This document shows, one piece after another, positions 58,879 to 64,000 of a stretch of 64,000 bases of DNA. The notes below the pieces were generated by a model that saw only the letters and a program-made list of their open reading frames with translations, had not been told where the DNA came from and ran no database searches. The translations under genes and the position numbers were made by a program. Numbering within the stretch: the first letter of the stretch is position 1; each line of letters opens with the position of its first letter. Source of the stretch: Candidatus Zixiibacteriota bacterium (GTDB taxonomy: Bacteria > RBG-13-66-14 > B26-G2 > WVWN01); the NCBI GenBank assembly GCA_050117845.1, contig JASFLY010000003.1:64001-128000 (forward strand). The letters run 5' to 3'.

Positions 58879-60756
58879 ATGAAAGCTAGATGGTGGCATA
58901 TGCCGTGGGAGCTTTGCTTGGCGGTCATCGTCGGGTGCGTTTTGGCGACAGGGGCGGCCTCCCCCACACCCGGCGTAGACGCCGAAGAGGTTTTACCCGA
59001 AGCGGCTTCCAAGGTCTATCCGCAATACGAATACGCCGGCGAGTGGGGCGACCCAAACCCTATAGCCGGGTTCATTCATAATATAAGCGCCGTCGCCGTC
59101 GGCCCCAACGGCAACGTCTACGTGGCGGAGGAGTTCGACGTCGCCAAAGACCAAATCCAGGTCTTCGACCGGGCGGGAGAATTTTCGCACGCCTGGGGCG
59201 AGCGACCCTACCCCGGCCGGACCGTGGCCGTATCGACCGAAGCGGACTTATTAGGTCCACACGAAATAGCGGTCGCGCCCGACGGCACGGCCTACGTCGC
59301 CGTACTCCACGGCCTCATAAAACGTTTTTCGCCGGACGGCGAACAACTAGGGAGTTGGGCGTTGCCGGAGGTCGACGACGATACGTTCTATCCCCAGGAC
59401 ATGGCGGTTGCGCCGGACGGCACCGTTTACGTGGTCGGCAGCGAGTACGTTCAGTACTTCAGCCCGGAAGGTAGGTTTTTGGGCGAATGGGGAAAAGAAC
59501 GTTGGCCCGGCGAGGAGGGGGCCTTCTGGTTGGACGGCGTTGCGGTGGCGCCCGACGGTACGGTTTACGTAAGCGGGAACACCGACGGAAACGTCGCACG
59601 CTTCACGCCCGACGGCTCGTATTTAGGGACTATCGACGTAGAGTGGGCGCTCGACATGGCGTGCGCCCCCGACGGCACCATATATGCCTCTCAGGGAGGT
59701 CGCGGTTACGTCGTGGCCGTCTCGCGAGAGGGCGGCGAGTTGAGGCGATGGACGGTAGGGTGCACCTGGGGTATAGAACCCGACCCCGTTCACGACATCG
59801 CCGCCGGGCCGGACGGGACGGTTTACGTCGCCAACGGCTTCCGGAATTCGGTCCAGTGTTTCACTCCCGAAGGGGAATTACTCCGCGAAATCGGCAGCCC
59901 TACCCCACCCCTCGGCTGCTTCCACGAACCGCACGGAATCGCAACCTCCGCCGACGGGAAGGTCTGGGTGGCCGATTCTTATAACCGCCGGGTCCAATGT
60001 TTCACCGCCGAGGGCGAGCCTTTAGGCCAGGTCAACGACGGTATAACCCCCCTTGGCTCCCCGGTGGGCGTCGGCGTATCGCGCGAAGGCATCGTATCCG
60101 TAGGGATCTCCGACCCCTCGCGTATGGCCCGCGAGTATGCGACAACCCGCTATACTCCCGAAGGCTACTTGACCGGGAAATGGTTTTGGGAAGATAACCC
60201 CGGCGACAGTTATATCGGGATGATGGGAGGGTTGGAGGTTACGCCGGGCGACGCTATCTACGTTACGGACAGTACCAATAACCGGATTTATCGTTTTTCG
60301 CCGCGGGGCGATATACTCGAGACCTGGGGCCGAGAGGGGACGGGCCCGGGCGAGTTTGACGGCCCGGAGGGTATAGCGGTGCGGTGCACCGAGGAGGGTG
60401 AAGTTACCGCCATTTACGTCGTCGACCAGAGTAACTCCCGCGTTCAATACTTCGCCCCCGGCGGCAGGTATTTGGGCGAATGGGGCGAGGGGGGCGACGG
60501 CGCCGGGCAATTCTTCAATCCCGCGGGTATTGCCGTGGGGCCCGACGGCACCGTCTTCGTCGTGGACGGCTGCAACCACCGCGTCCAATATTTCACGGCG
60601 GACGGCGGATTCCTCGGCGTCCTGGGCCGGGAGGGCTTAGGTGAGGCCGAGTTTAAGTTCCCCGTAGACGTCGCCGTAGCTCCGGACGGGACGCTTTACG
60701 TCACCGACGGCGGCAACGACCGCGTCCAGTACTTCCGGCGGACAGAGGGGGAATAA
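58879..60756 (+). CDS. Exported NHL-repeat beta-propeller protein
   Basis: Signal peptide; repeated PxGIAVxPDGTVYVxDxxNxRVQYF and WGxxGxGPGEF. Confidence 0.9.
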   Translation: MKARWWHMPWELCLAVIVGCVLATGAASPTPGVDAEEVLPEAASKVYPQYEYAGEWGDPNPIAGFIHNISAVAVGPNGNVYVAEEFDVAKDQIQVFDRAGEFSHAWGERPYPGRTVAVSTEADLLGPHEIAVAPDGTAYVAVLHGLIKRFSPDGEQLGSWALPEVDDDTFYPQDMAVAPDGTVYVVGSEYVQYFSPEGRFLGEWGKERWPGEEGAFWLDGVAVAPDGTVYVSGNTDGNVARFTPDGSYLGTIDVEWALDMACAPDGTIYASQGGRGYVVAVSREGGELRRWTVGCTWGIEPDPVHDIAAGPDGTVYVANGFRNSVQCFTPEGELLREIGSPTPPLGCFHEPHGIATSADGKVWVADSYNRRVQCFTAEGEPLGQVNDGITPLGSPVGVGVSREGIVSVGISDPSRMAREYATTRYTPEGYLTGKWFWEDNPGDSYIGMMGGLEVTPGDAIYVTDSTNNRIYRFSPRGDILETWGREGTGPGEFDGPEGIAVRCTEEGEVTAIYVVDQSNSRVQYFAPGGRYLGEWGEGGDGAGQFFNPAGIAVGPDGTVFVVDGCNHRVQYFTADGGFLGVLGREGLGEAEFKFPVDVAVAPDGTLYVTDGGNDRVQYFRRTEGE

Positions 60757-60777
60757 TCGCCCCGCGAAAGAGGCGTT

Positions 60778-62109
60778 GTGAAATACGCGAAGATATTGAT
60801 AACGGTTTTGACCGTCGCGGCGCCGAGCGCCCTCGCGACGTGGTACACGGTTTGCGCGGCGACGTTCTCGCCCGACGGCTCCAAGGTCGCGTACCTCTCT
60901 AACGACATATGCCAGGGCGGGATAAGTTACGCCATCTACACCATTAGCGCCGACGGTTCGGACCGAGTCAGGCTCAAGCTAAAGGGAGGTTTGTGGGGCG
61001 CGCCGCACTTCTCCCCCGACGGCTCGAAGATAGCGTTCATCGGCGACCGCGAGTGCTTCCCGTACGGCAACGTATTCCTGGTCAACGTCGACGGGACCGA
61101 CCTGAAGGCCGTAACCGCCTACGGCGACGACCCCTTTGAAGTTGACTACAATACCGGCCGGAAACTCGGCGTCCTCGACGCGGGCTTGACGTTCTCGCCC
61201 GACGGCGGCCGTATCCTTTACCTCTCGGACGAGTTCGGCTCCTCGGATATCTACGCGATTAACGTTGACGGCACGGGGAAGACGCGCCTGACCGATTTCG
61301 CCGGCTGCGACGAATACAAACCCATCTTCCTCCCCGGCGGCGAGCTGCTATTCACCGTAAAGGGGACTTGGGACAAGGCCGGCTTCTGGATTATGAACGC
61401 CGACGGCTCGGCCCAAAGGAGACTGGCGACCGGCGAAGACCTAGCGCTGGTGGCGCTTTCGCCCGACGGCACGAAAAGGGCGTACGCAGGCCGCTTCGGC
61501 GAGGATTACGCCACCTACGTCGCCGATCTCGACGGCTCGGGCCGTTTCAAGGTGGCGGACGGCGGCGTCTACCTCTCGTTCTCTCCCGACGGGGAAAAAC
61601 TCGTATATTGCGATGACGACCGCGTTTACATCGTCAACGCCGACGGCTCGGGCCGGAGAGCGCTGACGCCGGAATGGCCCATCGCGTACGGCGCGACCTT
61701 CGCCGCCGGCGGCGCGAAGATAATATTCCTGGGGCGTCCCGCCGGCGCCGAGGAAATAGGACTCTATACCATGAACGCCGACGGATCGGAGCGGACGCCG
61801 TTCCGGGCCACGAAGGACATGTACGTCGGTGGGCCGGTCGACATATTCGGCTCCTGTTGCGGCCTCGTGGTCTCCCCCGCAGGCGACAGGTTCCTCTTCA
61901 ACGGCGATTATAAGGACTACGTGGGCGACGCCCCCGTCGACTACTTCGCCGTCAACGTCGACGGCTCGGGCCTCGCGCGCATCTCGGAGTACAACTACAA
62001 AACCAACCCGCGGCCGGAGGAAGAAGTAACGCCTTACGGCGGAGATCGCGCGGAGTCCGTAACCCCGGACCCGTCGCAAACGACGAAGGTCCATTGTCCC
62101 GATCGGTAA
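60778..62109 (+). CDS. Exported TolB-like (PD40) beta-propeller protein
   Basis: Signal peptide; repeated FSPDGSKIAF...IYxxNxDGS. Confidence 0.9.
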   Translation: MKYAKILITVLTVAAPSALATWYTVCAATFSPDGSKVAYLSNDICQGGISYAIYTISADGSDRVRLKLKGGLWGAPHFSPDGSKIAFIGDRECFPYGNVFLVNVDGTDLKAVTAYGDDPFEVDYNTGRKLGVLDAGLTFSPDGGRILYLSDEFGSSDIYAINVDGTGKTRLTDFAGCDEYKPIFLPGGELLFTVKGTWDKAGFWIMNADGSAQRRLATGEDLALVALSPDGTKRAYAGRFGEDYATYVADLDGSGRFKVADGGVYLSFSPDGEKLVYCDDDRVYIVNADGSGRRALTPEWPIAYGATFAAGGAKIIFLGRPAGAEEIGLYTMNADGSERTPFRATKDMYVGGPVDIFGSCCGLVVSPAGDRFLFNGDYKDYVGDAPVDYFAVNVDGSGLARISEYNYKTNPRPEEEVTPYGGDRAESVTPDPSQTTKVHCPDR

Positions 62110-62131
62110 CCGGCCTTCGGGCCGGCTTTTT
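62110..62131 (+). terminator. Intrinsic terminator
   Basis: CCGGCC-TTCG-GGCCGG followed by CTTTTT. Confidence 0.85.
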
Positions 62132-62143
62132 AGTGCCCCGAAA

Positions 62144-62177
62144 CCCCCTTGCCCTCCTCCCCCGCCTCGGTTATAAT
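62144..62177 (+). promoter_or_regulatory. Sigma70-type promoter, copy 2 of the duplicated cassette
   Basis: CCCCC-TTGCCC-17 nt-TATAAT, 43 nt before the ATG at 62221. Confidence 0.7.
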
Positions 62178-62220
62178 CGCGGCAGACGATAACTTCGCAC
62201 TCGCAACCAAGGAGGGAACG

Positions 62221-63126
62221 ATGTCGCGATGTATAGTGGCGGCGACGCTCGTCGCCGCGGCGGCCTTCGCCGCCTGGCAATCCCCCGTTAATCTCGGCGC
62301 CGTTGTCAACTCCGCGTACGGCGACTGGTATCCGGTTCTCACCCCTCACGGCGATTATATGTTTTTCGTTTCGTCGCGGCCCGGCGGCTACGGCAACGGC
62401 GATATCTGGTGCAGCGCGAACATCGGCGGCGTATGGCAGGCGCCGGTCAACTGCGGCGCGGCCGTCAACTCGGCCGGCCTGGACACCGGCATCGCGCTCA
62501 ACCTGGCCGGGACCAGACTCTATTTCGCCTCCGACGCGGCGGGCACACTCGGCGACCTGGACGTCTGGTACGCCCCGGTAACCGGCGGTACGCTCGGCGC
62601 CAAGGTTCATCTTCCCGCCCCGGTCAATTCGGTTTACCGGGAGTGTTGTCCGGTCATAGGCCCCGGCGGCGACGACGTCTATTTTTCCAGTGAGAAACCC
62701 GGCGGCCAGGGCGGCCACGATATGTACGTCTCGAGTTGGACCGGTAGCGGTTGGAGCGAACCGGTATCGCTCGGCGCCCCCAACAGCGCCTATAACGAGT
62801 GCCCCCGGTGGATATCCGACGACGGCCTAATGCTCGCTTACCTCTCCTGGCGGCCGGAGGGCGAGGGGGGCTGCGATTTATGGTACACGACCAAGACGGG
62901 CGATACGTGGAGCGAGGGCGTCAACTTCGGCGCCCCCATCAACTCCGCCGGGAACGAGTTCGGGCCGTGGTTCCATTGTAATCACGGCCAGATGCACGGC
63001 TTCATGTATTTCGGCTCGAGCCGCGAAGGCGGCCATGGCGACTTCGATATCTGGTACTCGGAGGACGGCGAATTCCACGCCGTCGACGCCACGTCGTTGG
63101 GCGGCGCCAAAGCGGCGTTCCGTTAG
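62221..63126 (+). CDS. Exported PD40-repeat protein with short C-terminal tail motif
   Basis: ATG after AAGGAGG; repeats WxxPVNxGxxVNS...FxSxRPGGxGxxDIW; ends VDATSLGGAKAAFR. Confidence 0.88.
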   Translation: MSRCIVAATLVAAAAFAAWQSPVNLGAVVNSAYGDWYPVLTPHGDYMFFVSSRPGGYGNGDIWCSANIGGVWQAPVNCGAAVNSAGLDTGIALNLAGTRLYFASDAAGTLGDLDVWYAPVTGGTLGAKVHLPAPVNSVYRECCPVIGPGGDDVYFSSEKPGGQGGHDMYVSSWTGSGWSEPVSLGAPNSAYNECPRWISDDGLMLAYLSWRPEGEGGCDLWYTTKTGDTWSEGVNFGAPINSAGNEFGPWFHCNHGQMHGFMYFGSSREGGHGDFDIWYSEDGEFHAVDATSLGGAKAAFR

Positions 63127-63147
63127 CTACCCGATCTTATTGTAGAA

Positions 63148-63173
63148 AAACGGCGGCCTTCGGGCCGCCGTTT
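63148..63173. terminator. Bidirectional intrinsic terminator
   Basis: AAACGGCGGCC-TTCG-GGCCGCCGTTT between convergent genes. Confidence 0.85.
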
Positions 63174-63196
63174 CTATTCGGTATCCCCCTTTGTCC

Positions 63197-63817
63197 TTAC
63201 CTATAGAGCGCGCGTACGCGGCCGAGCGACGTCGGCTCGACCGCCACGTCCGTCACCTGCACCATCACGTCGTCCACGCCGGCGGCGTAGCTCAAGCCCG
63301 GCGTTCAACCCGTGCGGAGAGACGGCTGGACGGACAGGTCGGAAAAAGGCCGCGTTATCTTCTCGGCCGGAAAGGTTACGTAGTTCCATCCCTTGACGAG
63401 TTCGCCCCGCTCCGACGATAGGAGTATCTCGTTGCTCCCCAACGATACCGTCAGGAACCAGGGATTGCCTTCCGTATCCGGCAAATAATACACCCACATA
63501 CCGACCCGGGTCACGGCCCCTGCCGTTATCTCCCGGCCGAAGTTTTGCGTTATTTCGCCCCACACCGCCTGTTCGGCGTCGAAGCCCGGGGCGCCTGGGC
63601 GGCCGCAAGAATCGCCGCTTATTAGCTCATAGAAGTACGCGCCGTAGGACCCGGTGCGGGCCCCGTCGGCGGAAATCCCCATGTTCGTCGTTACCCAGGG
63701 CGAGGCGTTCCCGGACTCGAAATCGCCGTTCTCTACCACGTTATCGGCCGCATACGCCGCACCGGCTGCGAATCCGGCGGCCAATACGATTATAGTTATC
63801 ATTATCCGCTTCTTCAT
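63197..63817 (-). CDS. Exported CBM4/9-like jelly-roll protein with an in-frame TGA (candidate selenoprotein, or nonsense allele)
   Basis: Signal peptide and NVVENGDFESG. The frame continues past the TGA at 63307-63305 for 35 codons (TPGLSYAAGVDDVMVQVTDVAVEPTSLGRVRALYR) to the TAA at 63199-63197. Confidence 0.8.
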
Positions 63818-63899
63818 TTGCCTTCGTCCCCCTTCATATATGACTTACTCTCTCATGTATATTATAACATATCCTCCATTAAAAACAAGGGAGCCGGCT

Positions 63900-63926
63900 A
63901 AAAAAAAAGACGCCCTTTCGGGCGCC
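63900..63926 (-). terminator. Intrinsic terminator
   Basis: Minus strand GGCGCCC-GAAA-GGGCGTC followed by a T9 run. Confidence 0.85.
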
Positions 63927-63951
63927 GTTTTCTGCTCGCAACGTGAGGGTA

Positions 63952-63999
63952 TTAGTAAAACGCCTCCAGATCTCCCTTAAGTTCGTCGATAACGGCGGA
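63952..63999 (-). CDS. Probable 3' end of a gene entering from outside the window
   Basis: SAVIDELKGDLEAFY* followed by the terminator at 63900-63926; too short to identify. Confidence 0.4.
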   Translation of the reverse strand, partial: SAVIDELKGDLEAFY

Positions 64000-64000
64000 G

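Noticed and set aside
1..64000. Genome-wide reassignment of TGA or TAG
   Set aside because: Many conserved genes end at TGA (panC, nadD, HNH, PNP) or TAG (nuoD, bamD) at the expected lengths, so any read-through must be site-specific.
1..64000. CRISPR array, tRNA, rRNA, IS element, integron or prophage
   Set aside because: No regularly spaced short repeats, tRNA arms, rRNA signatures, transposase, integrase or phage genes were seen by eye.

Overview
High-GC diderm bacterial chromosomal segment. PorV, BamD, LptE, GWxTD and TonB-receptor genes suggest an FCB-like or other candidate-phylum lineage (inference only). I found no rRNA, tRNA, CRISPR array or recognisable mobile element. Layout: (1) a minus-strand complex I operon nuoABCDHI-JK-L without nuoEFG. 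Four tandem H-NOX/V4R-like paralogues interrupt it between nuoI and nuoJ, and an exported protein sits between nuoK and nuoL. (2) A radical SAM gene with two GT-C membrane glycosyltransferases. (3) Housekeeping genes: rsfS, argS, an NFACT/RqcH gene, folK-panBCD, hslU, tldD/pmbA, nadD/yqeK, bamD, lptE-holA and rpsT. (4) A TonB receptor, C-terminal-domain cargo, PorV and GWxTD outer-membrane cluster. (5) An accessory block of exported TPR and beta-propeller proteins. The strongest unexplained signals are these. The last exported gene has an in-frame TGA with an immediately downstream hairpin, and reads through into a C-terminal tail motif shared with its neighbour (candidate selenoprotein and candidate short sorting signal). 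The ~675-bp-period ligand-binding-domain array inside the nuo operon has Shine-Dalgarno sites that line up with an ATC codon. There is also a split AmmeMemoRadiSam gene and a duplicated 34-nt promoter cassette. All family calls come from motif recognition by eye, not database searches.
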